Below are positions 1 to 9,377 of a stretch of 36,415 nucleotides of DNA, piece by piece (positions within the stretch are counted from its first letter, which is position 1; the number at the start of each line of letters is the position of its first letter). A model generated the notes under the pieces. That model had not been told where the DNA came from. It saw only the letters and a list, made by a program, of their open reading frames with translations, and made no database searches. This DNA comes from Bacteroidales bacterium (GTDB lineage: Bacteria; Bacteroidota; Bacteroidia; Bacteroidales; UBA12077). The translations under genes were made by a program, and so were the position numbers. The DNA lies in contig JASGMZ010000003.1 of NCBI GenBank assembly GCA_030156305.1, positions 1 through 36,415 on the forward strand, given 5' to 3'.

Positions 1-1
1 A

Positions 2-955
2 TTATATTTAGCTTTTCGGGATGCAAATCTTGAAGATCTTATTGAAGATTTAAAAAAAGCTAATTATTTTTGGATCATCCTTTCACTCTTTTTCGCTTTC
101 ATTGCTTATGCCAGCCGGGCTTACCGTTGGCGTTTATTAATTGAACCCTTAAATTATAAACCCTCTTTTAAAAATGTTTTTCATGCATTAATGTTTGGCT
201 ATTTTGCTAATCTGGCATTTCCACGTATTGGTGAGATTAGCCGCTGTGCTGCGTTAACCAAATCCGACAAAATACCAATGGACTCCCTTATTGGTACTGT
301 TTTAATAGAACGGGCAATAGATGTGGTTGTGCTTTTGATTTTACTGTTCGTTATTTTTGTTGCTAAGATTGAGTCCTTTGGATTATTTATTAAAGAGAAT
401 GTTTTTATTCCTCTTTCTCAAAAAGTTATACATACCATTGACTTTTCCATTTATTACTGGATAGGTATTATTGTTTTGCTTGGAGTATCAGTTTTTTTAA
501 TTTATTTTTTTCGGAAAAAATTTAAACGCGTTAAAATTGTTATTAAAATTCGCAAACTAATCCGAGGGGTTGTTTCCGGGGTTAAAACAGTAAACAAGAT
601 GAGAAGCCGGCCGGTATTTTTGCTGCATACCGTGATTATTTGGGTAATGTATTTTTTAATGACTTATGTTGCTGTTTTTTCAATTCCTGCAACTCAAAGT
701 TTAACCCCTATTGATGGTTTATTTTTACTTGTGATTGGAGGGCTGGGTATGTCTGCCCCTGTTCAGGGAGGGATTGGTGCTTTTCATTGGATCATTTCAT
801 CAGGGCTTACATTATATGGTATTTCAAAAACAGATGGGTTGGTGTTAGCAACAATACTTCATGAATCGCAGGTTGTGATGGTGTTGGTATTAGGAATTAT
901 TGCTGTTATTACCTTATTTTTGATTCCTCGCTCTAAAAGCAAAAATAATCGTTAA
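2..955 (+). CDS. Flippase-like / lysyl-phosphatidylglycerol-synthase-TM-type (UPF0104) integral membrane protein; 5' end cut by window edge
   Basis: The frame is open from nt 2 (LYLAFRDANLEDL...) into the listed ORF 191..955. Family-typical motifs RAYRWRLL and FPRIGEISR are present, with multiple hydrophobic helices. Confidence 0.7.
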   Translation, partial: LYLAFRDANLEDLIEDLKKANYFWIILSLFFAFIAYASRAYRWRLLIEPLNYKPSFKNVFHALMFGYFANLAFPRIGEISRCAALTKSDKIPMDSLIGTVLIERAIDVVVLLILLFVIFVAKIESFGLFIKENVFIPLSQKVIHTIDFSIYYWIGIIVLLGVSVFLIYFFRKKFKRVKIVIKIRKLIRGVVSGVKTVNKMRSRPVFLLHTVIIWVMYFLMTYVAVFSIPATQSLTPIDGLFLLVIGGLGMSAPVQGGIGAFHWIISSGLTLYGISKTDGLVLATILHESQVVMVLVLGIIAVITLFLIPRSKSKNNR

Positions 956-976
956 CTTTACGGAAAAAATAATAGG

Positions 977-1471
977 ATGGATATGGATAAATTAGCGGTT
1001 ATTCAATCTAAAATTATTGATATTGATCAACTCGGTTCGAGGTTAGCTTACTGGAATTTTAAAAATCAAAAAATTGTATTTACCAATGGATGTTTTGATA
1101 TACTACACCGTGGGCATGTAGAATATCTGGCTCAGGCTGCCAATTTCGGAGATATCTTAATAATCGGGCTAAACACCGATGATTCGGTTAGGAAACTTAA
1201 AGGAGATTCACGTCCTGTGCAGGATCAATATGCAAGAGCCCTGCTTTTAGCATCATTACATTTTGTAAATGCAGTTATTTATTTTGATGAAGATACACCG
1301 TATGAGCTCATCAAAAGAGTACAACCCGATATTTTAATTAAGGGGAGTGATTATCATATTGAGGATATTGTAGGGTATGATGTTGTTCAGAAAAAAGGGG
1401 GCCAGGTTAAAACCATTGATTTTATACCGGGTTATTCAACCACATCAATTATTGAAAAATTGAAGAAATAA
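977..1471 (+). CDS. rfaE2: Cytidylyltransferase-fold adenylyltransferase, RfaE domain II-like (D-glycero-beta-D-manno-heptose 1-phosphate adenylyltransferase)
   Basis: 164 aa. Carries the nucleotidyltransferase motif FTNGCFDILHRGHVEYL (HxGH), and its size matches stand-alone RfaE2. Confidence 0.7.
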   Translation: MDMDKLAVIQSKIIDIDQLGSRLAYWNFKNQKIVFTNGCFDILHRGHVEYLAQAANFGDILIIGLNTDDSVRKLKGDSRPVQDQYARALLLASLHFVNAVIYFDEDTPYELIKRVQPDILIKGSDYHIEDIVGYDVVQKKGGQVKTIDFIPGYSTTSIIEKLKK

Positions 1472-1478
1472 AAGAATA

Positions 1479-2852
1479 ATGGCTAAATCAAAATCAGTAT
1501 ATGTTTGTCAGAATTGTGGTGTTGAATCTTCAAAATGGGTTGGCAAATGCCCTTCATGCGGTGAATGGAACACATTTGTAGAACAGGTAATCTCAAAATC
1601 ACCGCACCCAAAATCTTCACTGGCTCATGAATTTTCTGAAAGACAAACCCCTCAAAAATTATCCGAAATAATACCCAGAAAAGAAGGACGGATATCGTCA
1701 AATATTCAAGAGTTGGACAGGATTTTAGGGGGAGGAATTGTTCCGGGGTCGATGATTTTAATCGGAGGAGAACCGGGCATTGGAAAGTCTACGCTTTCCC
1801 TTCAGATGGCGCTCAGGCTTAATCATCTTAAATCCTTATATGTTTCGGGAGAAGAAAGCCCGCAACAAATAAAAATGCGTGCCGACAGGTTAAAACTAAG
1901 TAACGAAGGGTGTTTTATCCTTAGTGAGACCTCGCTGGAAAGTATTTTTAATCATATTGTTAATATAAAACCTGATATTATTATTATTGATTCTATTCAA
2001 ACCTTATTTTCAGAACATTTAGAATCAACTGCCGGAACGGTTTCACAAATCCGTGAAACAGCAGCCCGCTTACTAAAGTTTGCGAAAGAATCCGGTACTC
2101 CCGTTTTTTTAATAGGCCATATTACCAAAGAGGGCAACTTAGCCGGGCCAAAGGTGCTGGAACATATTGTAGATACCGTTTTACAGTTTGAGGGAGACCA
2201 ACATCATATGTACCGGATTTTACGAACCACCAAAAATCGGTTTGGCTCTACTTCCGAGTTAGGCATTTTTGAAATGAGTGATAAAGGGCTTCGCGAGGTA
2301 AGCAATCCTTCCGAGGTGTTAATCACACAAACCGATGAGCAATTAAGCGGAACAACGGTAGCATCAACCATTAACGGAGCGCGCCCATTGCTAATTGAAA
2401 TACAGGCGCTGGTTAGCTCTGCTGCTTATGGTACGCCACAGCGTTCATCTACAGGCTTAAATATCCGAAGGTTGGCTATGTTGCTTGCCGTATTGGAAAA
2501 ACGTGCCGGTTTCCGGCTGGGACAAAAAGATGTGTTTTTAAATATTGCCGGAGGCATTAAAGTGGATGATCCTGCTACTGACTTATCGGTTATAGCCTCG
2601 GTGCTTTCCTCAAACCTCGATTTAACCATTGATAAAAGCATCTGTTTTGCCGGCGAAGTTGGTTTAACCGGCGAAATTAGGCCAGTGAACCGAATTGAAC
2701 AAAGAATTAGTGAAGCAGATAAGTTAGGATTTAAAAAAATCTATATTTCAAGGTTTAATAGCAAAGGAATCGATACATCAAAATTTAACATAGAGATTAT
2801 AAAAGTTGGAAAAGTGGAAGAGCTTTTCCGTTCTCTTTTTAAAAAGAATTAG
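1479..2852 (+). CDS. radA: DNA repair protein RadA/Sms
   Basis: N-terminal zinc ribbon CQNCG...CPSCGEWNT, Walker A GEPGIGKST, the RadA-specific KNRFG motif, and a Lon-protease-like C-terminal domain. Confidence 0.95.
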   Translation: MAKSKSVYVCQNCGVESSKWVGKCPSCGEWNTFVEQVISKSPHPKSSLAHEFSERQTPQKLSEIIPRKEGRISSNIQELDRILGGGIVPGSMILIGGEPGIGKSTLSLQMALRLNHLKSLYVSGEESPQQIKMRADRLKLSNEGCFILSETSLESIFNHIVNIKPDIIIIDSIQTLFSEHLESTAGTVSQIRETAARLLKFAKESGTPVFLIGHITKEGNLAGPKVLEHIVDTVLQFEGDQHHMYRILRTTKNRFGSTSELGIFEMSDKGLREVSNPSEVLITQTDEQLSGTTVASTINGARPLLIEIQALVSSAAYGTPQRSSTGLNIRRLAMLLAVLEKRAGFRLGQKDVFLNIAGGIKVDDPATDLSVIASVLSSNLDLTIDKSICFAGEVGLTGEIRPVNRIEQRISEADKLGFKKIYISRFNSKGIDTSKFNIEIIKVGKVEELFRSLFKKN

Positions 2853-2858
2853 CGCCCG

Positions 2859-4544
2859 GTGAAATTACTCGATGTAAATGATCTTACCCTGGCCTTTGGA
2901 AGTGAAACAAATTCTAAAAAGGTGATTGATAATGTCTCTTTTAAATTAAATAAGGGCGAAACGTTAGGGATTGTTGGCGAATCGGGTTCAGGAAAATCAA
3001 TAACTGCCTTATCTGTATTAAATTTGCAGCCACCTAATGCATCTGTTTCGGGTGATATTTATTACTATGAAAAGAATAAGGAAATAAATCTTTTAAAATT
3101 ATCCGATAAAGATTGGTTGTCTTTTCGTGGGAAAAACATCTCTATGATTTTCCAGGAACCCATGACCTCTTTAAACCCTACTATGAAATGCGGCAAACAG
3201 GTTTCTGAAATTTTGTTTTTGCATACAAACTTATCATCTGATAAAAGGCGTAAACGTGTCATAGAGTTGTTTGAAGAAGTAAAGTTACCCGATCCGCAAA
3301 GAATATATAATAGTTACCCTCATGAGATATCGGGCGGGCAAAAGCAACGAGTAATGATTGCTATGGCTATTGCGCTTAAGCCGGCCATTTTAATTGCCGA
3401 TGAGCCAACAACAGCGCTTGATGTTACCGTGCAAAAGGCTATTATTGATTTATTAAAAGATATCCAGGAAAAATATGCAATCAGTATTATTTTTATTTCT
3501 CATGATTTAGGTGTTATTGCACAAATCGCACATCAGGTTTTAGTATTATATAATGGGCAGGTTATTGAAAAAGGAACGGTAAAAAAAATATTAAATAATC
3601 CGGAAGAAGCCTATACCCGGGGACTGATAAAATGTCGGCCTGAACTGAGTTCTAAAGGAAACAGACTGCCTGTGCTTTCTGATTTTCTGCAACGTGCTGA
3701 ATATCCTGAGCAACCAGAAAAGCAGAAAGTGATTCATAAATCAGAACAAGAACAGATTATTTTGTCAGTTAGAGGGCTAAATAAAAGCTTTGTGTCAAAA
3801 GTAAATTTTTGGGGTAAGGCCAGGTATTCTTTAAAGGCAATTCAAAATATACAATTTGATGTATATAAAGGCGAAACGCTAGGGTTGGTAGGAGAGTCAG
3901 GCTGTGGAAAAACTACGTTAGGCAGGGTAATTACCCAACTAATAGGCTACAACTCAGGGGAAATTGAATATAAAGGAAAGGTATTAAAAAATTTAACCAA
4001 TATTGAGTTAAAGCAATTTCGCCAGAAAGTACAAATTATTTTTCAAGACCCTTATAGCTCTTTGAATCCGAAAATAACTATAGGAGAGGCCATTGCGGAG
4101 CCATTAAAAGTGCATCATCTTTACCAGGCAACAAAAGAACGAAAACAAAGAGTTTTTGAATTGCTAAAACAGGTAAAATTAACCGAAGAGGATTATACAA
4201 AATATCCTCACGAGTTTTCGGGCGGACAAAGGCAACGTATTGTTATTGCCCGGGCATTGGCTTTAAACCCTGAATTTATCATTTGTGACGAATCTGTTTC
4301 TGCACTTGATGTATCTGTGCAGGCTGAAATATTAAATTTATTAAATGATTTAAAACGGAATTACCAGTTAACCTATATTTTTATTTCTCACGATTTGTCG
4401 GTAGTGAAATATATGTCCGATAGAATTATGGTGATGAAAGACGGGCAACTGGTAGAAATAAATAAAGCAGATGAAATCTATCATTCACCTGCTTCAGATT
4501 ATACTCGCAAATTAATTGACTCAATACCCGAACTTAAAGTTTAG
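2859..4544 (+). CDS. ABC transporter ATP-binding protein with two fused ATPase domains (oligopeptide/dipeptide DppD-DppF/YejF-like)
   Basis: GTG start. Two Walker A motifs (GESGSGKS, GESGCGKT), two ABC signatures (ISGGQKQR, FSGGQRQR) and two Walker B motifs (LIADEP, IICDES). Confidence 0.9.
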   Translation: MKLLDVNDLTLAFGSETNSKKVIDNVSFKLNKGETLGIVGESGSGKSITALSVLNLQPPNASVSGDIYYYEKNKEINLLKLSDKDWLSFRGKNISMIFQEPMTSLNPTMKCGKQVSEILFLHTNLSSDKRRKRVIELFEEVKLPDPQRIYNSYPHEISGGQKQRVMIAMAIALKPAILIADEPTTALDVTVQKAIIDLLKDIQEKYAISIIFISHDLGVIAQIAHQVLVLYNGQVIEKGTVKKILNNPEEAYTRGLIKCRPELSSKGNRLPVLSDFLQRAEYPEQPEKQKVIHKSEQEQIILSVRGLNKSFVSKVNFWGKARYSLKAIQNIQFDVYKGETLGLVGESGCGKTTLGRVITQLIGYNSGEIEYKGKVLKNLTNIELKQFRQKVQIIFQDPYSSLNPKITIGEAIAEPLKVHHLYQATKERKQRVFELLKQVKLTEEDYTKYPHEFSGGQRQRIVIARALALNPEFIICDESVSALDVSVQAEILNLLNDLKRNYQLTYIFISHDLSVVKYMSDRIMVMKDGQLVEINKADEIYHSPASDYTRKLIDSIPELKV

Positions 4545-6889
4545 AAAAATTCATCGTCAAATTTGTTTCTTGTGTTCGTTTCATCATCTTCACAATCAAG
4601 TTGGATTGAAAAATTATCCGGTTTTTCAAATTTGTCTTCGTTGGTAACCGAAACAATAGTAGAGTCATTATACACATCTTGCATATATAAAGCAAATATG
4701 GGTAAAGCCATATTATGTCCACCACCCAGGCCAATACCTTTAAAGTGTATGCTTCGGTCTTCTCCACCTACCCAAACACCGGAAACCAGGTTCGGAGTTA
4801 CCCCCATAAACCAACCGTCAGAATGATTCTGTGTAGTTCCCGTTTTTCCTCCAATTTCATTAAATAATTGATATTTCCATCTAATCCTCCCTGCAGTTCC
4901 TTCTTTTACGACCGATTGAAGTAGATTTACCATTAAATAGGCTGTTTGTTCGCTAATTGCTTCATTTTTTGATGATGTAAATCGGGCTAATTCCGCTCCG
5001 TTTCTATCTTCAATGTGGGTTATATAAATAGGTTCAGAATGCACGCCTTTATTAGAGAAAGTAGAATAAGCACTCACCATTTCTTCTAAGCTGATATCAG
5101 AGGTTCCTAAGAAAATTGAAGGTACCGGATCGATATGGCTTTCAATACCCATTTTTTTCATAACATCAATAACTGATTCGGGATTGAATTGTTTGATTAG
5201 CCAGGCAGATATATAATTTACAGAATTGGCAAGGCCCCATTTTAAGGTAACCATTTTGCCATCTTTGTCCGATGGGCCGGAGTTCTTTGGTGTCCATGTA
5301 GTGTCATTAACGATAAATGTAGAAGCTACATTGGCAACTTTATGGCAGGGAGAATAATTTTCCTGCATAGCCAAGGTATATAAGAATGGTTTTATTGTTG
5401 ACCCTACTTGTCTTTTACCCTGTGTTACATGATCGTATTTAAAATGTTTAAAATTAGGCCCTCCAACATAAGCTTTGACATGTCCGTTGTGTGGATCTAT
5501 TGAAACAAAACCGGCTCTTAAAAATTGTTTGTAATATAATAAAGAGTCCATGGGTGTCATTACGGTATCAATATCCCCATTCCAGGAAAAAACAGTCATT
5601 TCAGACGGAGTGTTAAAAACGGAAATTATCGAGTCCATATCAAGTCCTTTTTGTCGTAAATCTCTATACCTTTCTGTTCTCCTCATAGCTAACTCAATAA
5701 TGTCTTTTAATTCGCTTGATGAAAGCTCTTTAGCATAAGGAGCATTAGGATTTGATTCTTGTTCTTCATTAAAAGCTTTTTGTAGTTCTCCTCCCAAATG
5801 TTCTTTAACGGCTGCTTCAGCATATTTTTGCATCCGTGAATCAATGGTTGTATATATTTTTAAGCCATCGCGATATAAATTATAAGTCGTACCATCGGGT
5901 TTTTTGTTTTTATTGCACCATCCATATAAAGGATTTGTTGCCCATTCTAACGAATCTTTGATATAACTTTCTTCTGAAAAATAATTTTTCTTATTGGGTT
6001 TATCTTTGTTTAATAGAAGCCGTAAATATTCTCTAAAATAGGTAGCTAATCCAACGTTATGATCCTGTACTTTGTAATTTAACTCAATGGGTAAAACGCT
6101 AAGAGAATCGAACATTTCATCGGTTATATAATTGTACTTATTCATTTGCGAAAGGACAACATTACGTCTTAATCTTGAACGTTCTGTGTTTCGAACAGGA
6201 TTATAATAACTTGGAGCTTTAAGCAATCCTATTAAAACAGCAGCTTCTTCAATTTTTAATGAATCGGGTGTTTTGTTGAAAAAAGTTTTAGCAGCTGATT
6301 TTATGCCATACGAATGGCCCCCAAAAGGGACTGTATTTAAGTACATTACCAAAATTTCATCTTTGGTATAATTCTTTTCCAGCTTTACAGCAGTTATCCA
6401 CTCTTTAAATTTTGTTAATCCCAGTTTAATGTTCCGTTTAAATGATGAATGATAAATAGTTGTATCACGTGGGAAAAGATTTTTTGCCAACTGCTGGGTA
6501 ATTGTACTTCCACCTCCGGCATCACGGTTTCCTAACAGAATACTGTATACAACTACACGTCCTAAACCACGGGCATCAATTCCTGAGTGTTTATGAAAAC
6601 GAATATCTTCGGTAGCAAGAAGTGCATTAACAATATTGGGTGAAAGTTCATCAAATTGAACGTAGGATCTGTTTTGATAATAATAATTTCCCAATAAAAC
6701 GGTATCAGCAGAAAATACCTCCGAAGCCAGATTATTATCCGGATTCTCAAGCTCCTCAAAAGTGGGCATATCCCCAAATTTCTCCATTGAAATTAAAACA
6801 AAAATTGTTATTACTGCTATAATGGGAATAATGAATAAAGCCCAAAACAACCGGATATAAAAATTTTTTGAAAATTTAAATTTGCTCAT
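4541..6889 (-). CDS. Class A penicillin-binding protein (PBP1A; transglycosylase + transpeptidase)
   Basis: N-terminal TM anchor. GT51 motifs EDIRFHKHSGID and GGSTITQQLAKN. Transpeptidase motifs STIKP (SxxK), SVN (SxN) and KTGTT (KTG). Confidence 0.93.
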   Translation of the reverse strand: MSKFKFSKNFYIRLFWALFIIPIIAVITIFVLISMEKFGDMPTFEELENPDNNLASEVFSADTVLLGNYYYQNRSYVQFDELSPNIVNALLATEDIRFHKHSGIDARGLGRVVVYSILLGNRDAGGGSTITQQLAKNLFPRDTTIYHSSFKRNIKLGLTKFKEWITAVKLEKNYTKDEILVMYLNTVPFGGHSYGIKSAAKTFFNKTPDSLKIEEAAVLIGLLKAPSYYNPVRNTERSRLRRNVVLSQMNKYNYITDEMFDSLSVLPIELNYKVQDHNVGLATYFREYLRLLLNKDKPNKKNYFSEESYIKDSLEWATNPLYGWCNKNKKPDGTTYNLYRDGLKIYTTIDSRMQKYAEAAVKEHLGGELQKAFNEEQESNPNAPYAKELSSSELKDIIELAMRRTERYRDLRQKGLDMDSIISVFNTPSEMTVFSWNGDIDTVMTPMDSLLYYKQFLRAGFVSIDPHNGHVKAYVGGPNFKHFKYDHVTQGKRQVGSTIKPFLYTLAMQENYSPCHKVANVASTFIVNDTTWTPKNSGPSDKDGKMVTLKWGLANSVNYISAWLIKQFNPESVIDVMKKMGIESHIDPVPSIFLGTSDISLEEMVSAYSTFSNKGVHSEPIYITHIEDRNGAELARFTSSKNEAISEQTAYLMVNLLQSVVKEGTAGRIRWKYQLFNEIGGKTGTTQNHSDGWFMGVTPNLVSGVWVGGEDRSIHFKGIGLGGGHNMALPIFALYMQDVYNDSTIVSVTNEDKFEKPDNFSIQLDCEDDETNTRNKFDDEFF

Positions 6890-6912
6890 ATTGTTGGTTT
6901 TCTCTTTGTTGT

Positions 6913-6920
6913 CAAAAATA
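6913..6920 (-). promoter_or_regulatory. Candidate Bacteroidota -7 promoter box (TATTTTTG on minus strand) for the PBP1A gene
   Basis: Plus-strand CAAAAATA equals TAnnTTTG on the minus strand, 24 nt upstream of the ATG at 6889. A TTTG (plus-strand CAAA at 6938-6941) lies 17 nt further upstream. Confidence 0.4.
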
Positions 6921-6968
6921 ATAAATAATATTTAATTCAAAATGTTGAACTTAAAATACTATTTATAT

Positions 6969-6976
6969 TAATTTTG
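6969..6976 (+). promoter_or_regulatory. Candidate Bacteroidota -7 promoter box (TAATTTTG) for topA
   Basis: Matches TAnnTTTG 36 nt upstream of ATG 7012. A TTG at 6945-6947 lies 21 nt upstream. Confidence 0.4.
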
Positions 6977-7011
6977 TGACGTTTTAATAATTTATTTTAA
7001 TACATTTATAT

Positions 7012-9360
7012 ATGAGTGAAAATCTGGTAATTGTAGAGTCACCGGCAAAAGCAAAAACCATTGAGAAGTTTTTAGGCAAAGATTTTATGGTTAAATCGAG
7101 TTATGGACACATTCGGGATTTGGCTAAGAAAAATTTTGGTGTTGATATTGAAAACGATTATGAACCTCAATATATTGTTCCTGATGATAAACAAGCAGTA
7201 GTAAAGGAATTAAAGAAAAATGCTAAAGATGCTAAAATGGTTTGGTTAGCATCTGATGAAGACCGTGAGGGAGAAGCCATTGCATGGCATTTGTTTAAAG
7301 TTTTAGAACTGGATCCTAAAAAAACCAAAAGGATTGTTTTTCATGAAATTACAAAAGATGCTATTCAAAATGCCATCAAAAATCCAAGGCCTATTGATGA
7401 CAATCTGGTGAATGCTCAACAAGCTCGTAGAATTTTAGATCGATTGGTAGGCTTTGAGTTATCCCCTGTTTTATGGAAGAAGGTGAAACCTTCTCTTTCG
7501 GCTGGAAGAGTTCAGTCTGTGGCTGTAAAATTACTTGTTGAAAGAGAAAGAGAAATTATGAACTTTAAAAGCGAATCGTATTTTAAGGTTACAGGAATTT
7601 TTCAAACAACAGGTAAAAATGAATTAAAAGCAGATTTGAATGAACGCTTAAAATACAAAGAAGATGTTTTGTCGTTTTTTGAAAAGAGTAAATCTGCAGA
7701 ATTTATTATAAACAATGTAGTTAAAAAACCAGGGAAAAAATCTCCGTCACCACCCTTTACAACATCAACTTTGCAGCAAGAGGCCAGTAGAAAATTGGGT
7801 TTTTCTGTTGCACAAACCATGGCTGTTGCCCAAAGGCTATACGAAGCTGGAAAAATTACCTATATGCGAACCGATTCGGTAAACCTATCCTCTTTGGCTA
7901 TTAATACAGCCAAAAAGGTTATTTTAGATGAGTTTGGTGAAAAGTATTTAAAAATTAGAAAATTTACAACCAAATCGAAAGGAGCACAAGAAGCTCACGA
8001 AGCCATAAGGCCAACTTTTATCGATAAACAAACCGTTTCTGGAACAGATAGAGAAAAACGTTTGTATGAATTAATTTGGAAAAGAACCATTGCCTCGCAA
8101 ATGAGTGATGCTTTGCTCGAAAAAACAACAATTAATATTGATATTTCCAATGCGCAGGATAAAAAGTTTGTTGCCAATGGAGAGGTCTTAACATTTGATG
8201 GGTTTTTAAAAGTTTACATTGAGTCAATTGATGATGAGCGAGTTGAAGAAACAAGGGGTTTACTACCTGCAGTTACGAAAGGTGAAAAACTGGATTACCA
8301 ATCAATTATTGCCATTGAACGTTTTACTTATCATCCGCCAAGGTATACCGAAGCCAGTTTAGTAAAAAAATTAGAAGAATTAGGGATTGGCCGGCCATCC
8401 ACTTATGCACCTACAATTTCTACCATTCAAAATCGAGGATATGTCATAAAAGAAGATCGTCCTGGAAAAGAAAGAAATTATGTGGCTATAAGTTTAAAGA
8501 ATAACACCATTAATGAAGAAACAAAAAAAGAAATTACCGGTGCCGAAAAATCAAAATTGTTTCCGAATGATATTGGCATGGTGGTAAATGATTTTTTAGA
8601 TGATCATTTTGATGAGATAATGAATTATAATTTTACGGCAACGGTTGAGGAGGAGTTTGACGAAATTGCCCAAGGGAATTTACCCTGGACAAAAATGATT
8701 GATAAGTTTTATAAACCTTTCCATCAACGGGTTGATGAAACCTTAAAAACATCTGCTCGCAGTGTTGGTGAAAGAATCCTGGGAAATGATCCGAAAACAG
8801 GCAAACCGGTTATAGCCAAAATAGGCCCTTATGGCCCAATGGTGCAATTAGGAAATAAAGAGGACGAAGAAAAACCAAAATTTGCTTCTTTACAGCGGGG
8901 ACAACATTTAGAATCGATAACGTTAAAGGAGGCTCTGGAACTATTTAAATTACCCAGAGAAATTGGGACGTTTGAAGGAGAAAAAGTGGTTGTTTCAATA
9001 GGCCGGTTTGGGCCATATGTACGACATGATTCCAAATTTTATTCGTTAAAAAAAGAAGATAATCCATATAAGATTGAATTAGATAGGGCTATTGAACTTA
9101 TTAAGGAAAAAAGAGAAAAAGAAAAGGCTAAATTAATTAATGATTTTCCTGAAGACAAAGATTTGCAATTATTAAATGGTCGTTGGGGCCCCTATATCTC
9201 TTATAAAAAGAAAAATTATAAAATTCCAAAAGGAGAAAAGGCGGAAGAATTATCCTATGCAGATTGTATGAAAATTATCAAAGAAGCAGGGCAAAAGGAT
9301 AAAAGCAAAACAAAAAAAAGAAAATCAAATAACAAAAAAGGTAAGAAACCGAAAAAGTAA
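7012..9360 (+). CDS. topA: DNA topoisomerase I (type IA)
   Basis: Toprim N-terminus LVIVESPAKAKTIEKFLG, acidic motif ASDEDREGEAIAWH, and active-site Tyr context KITYMRTDS. The C-terminus has three Cys-less GxxGPY repeats and a Lys-rich tail. Confidence 0.95.
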   Translation: MSENLVIVESPAKAKTIEKFLGKDFMVKSSYGHIRDLAKKNFGVDIENDYEPQYIVPDDKQAVVKELKKNAKDAKMVWLASDEDREGEAIAWHLFKVLELDPKKTKRIVFHEITKDAIQNAIKNPRPIDDNLVNAQQARRILDRLVGFELSPVLWKKVKPSLSAGRVQSVAVKLLVEREREIMNFKSESYFKVTGIFQTTGKNELKADLNERLKYKEDVLSFFEKSKSAEFIINNVVKKPGKKSPSPPFTTSTLQQEASRKLGFSVAQTMAVAQRLYEAGKITYMRTDSVNLSSLAINTAKKVILDEFGEKYLKIRKFTTKSKGAQEAHEAIRPTFIDKQTVSGTDREKRLYELIWKRTIASQMSDALLEKTTINIDISNAQDKKFVANGEVLTFDGFLKVYIESIDDERVEETRGLLPAVTKGEKLDYQSIIAIERFTYHPPRYTEASLVKKLEELGIGRPSTYAPTISTIQNRGYVIKEDRPGKERNYVAISLKNNTINEETKKEITGAEKSKLFPNDIGMVVNDFLDDHFDEIMNYNFTATVEEEFDEIAQGNLPWTKMIDKFYKPFHQRVDETLKTSARSVGERILGNDPKTGKPVIAKIGPYGPMVQLGNKEDEEKPKFASLQRGQHLESITLKEALELFKLPREIGTFEGEKVVVSIGRFGPYVRHDSKFYSLKKEDNPYKIELDRAIELIKEKREKEKAKLINDFPEDKDLQLLNGRWGPYISYKKKNYKIPKGEKAEELSYADCMKIIKEAGQKDKSKTKKRKSNNKKGKKPKK

Positions 9361-9377
9361 AAATATATATCCATTCA

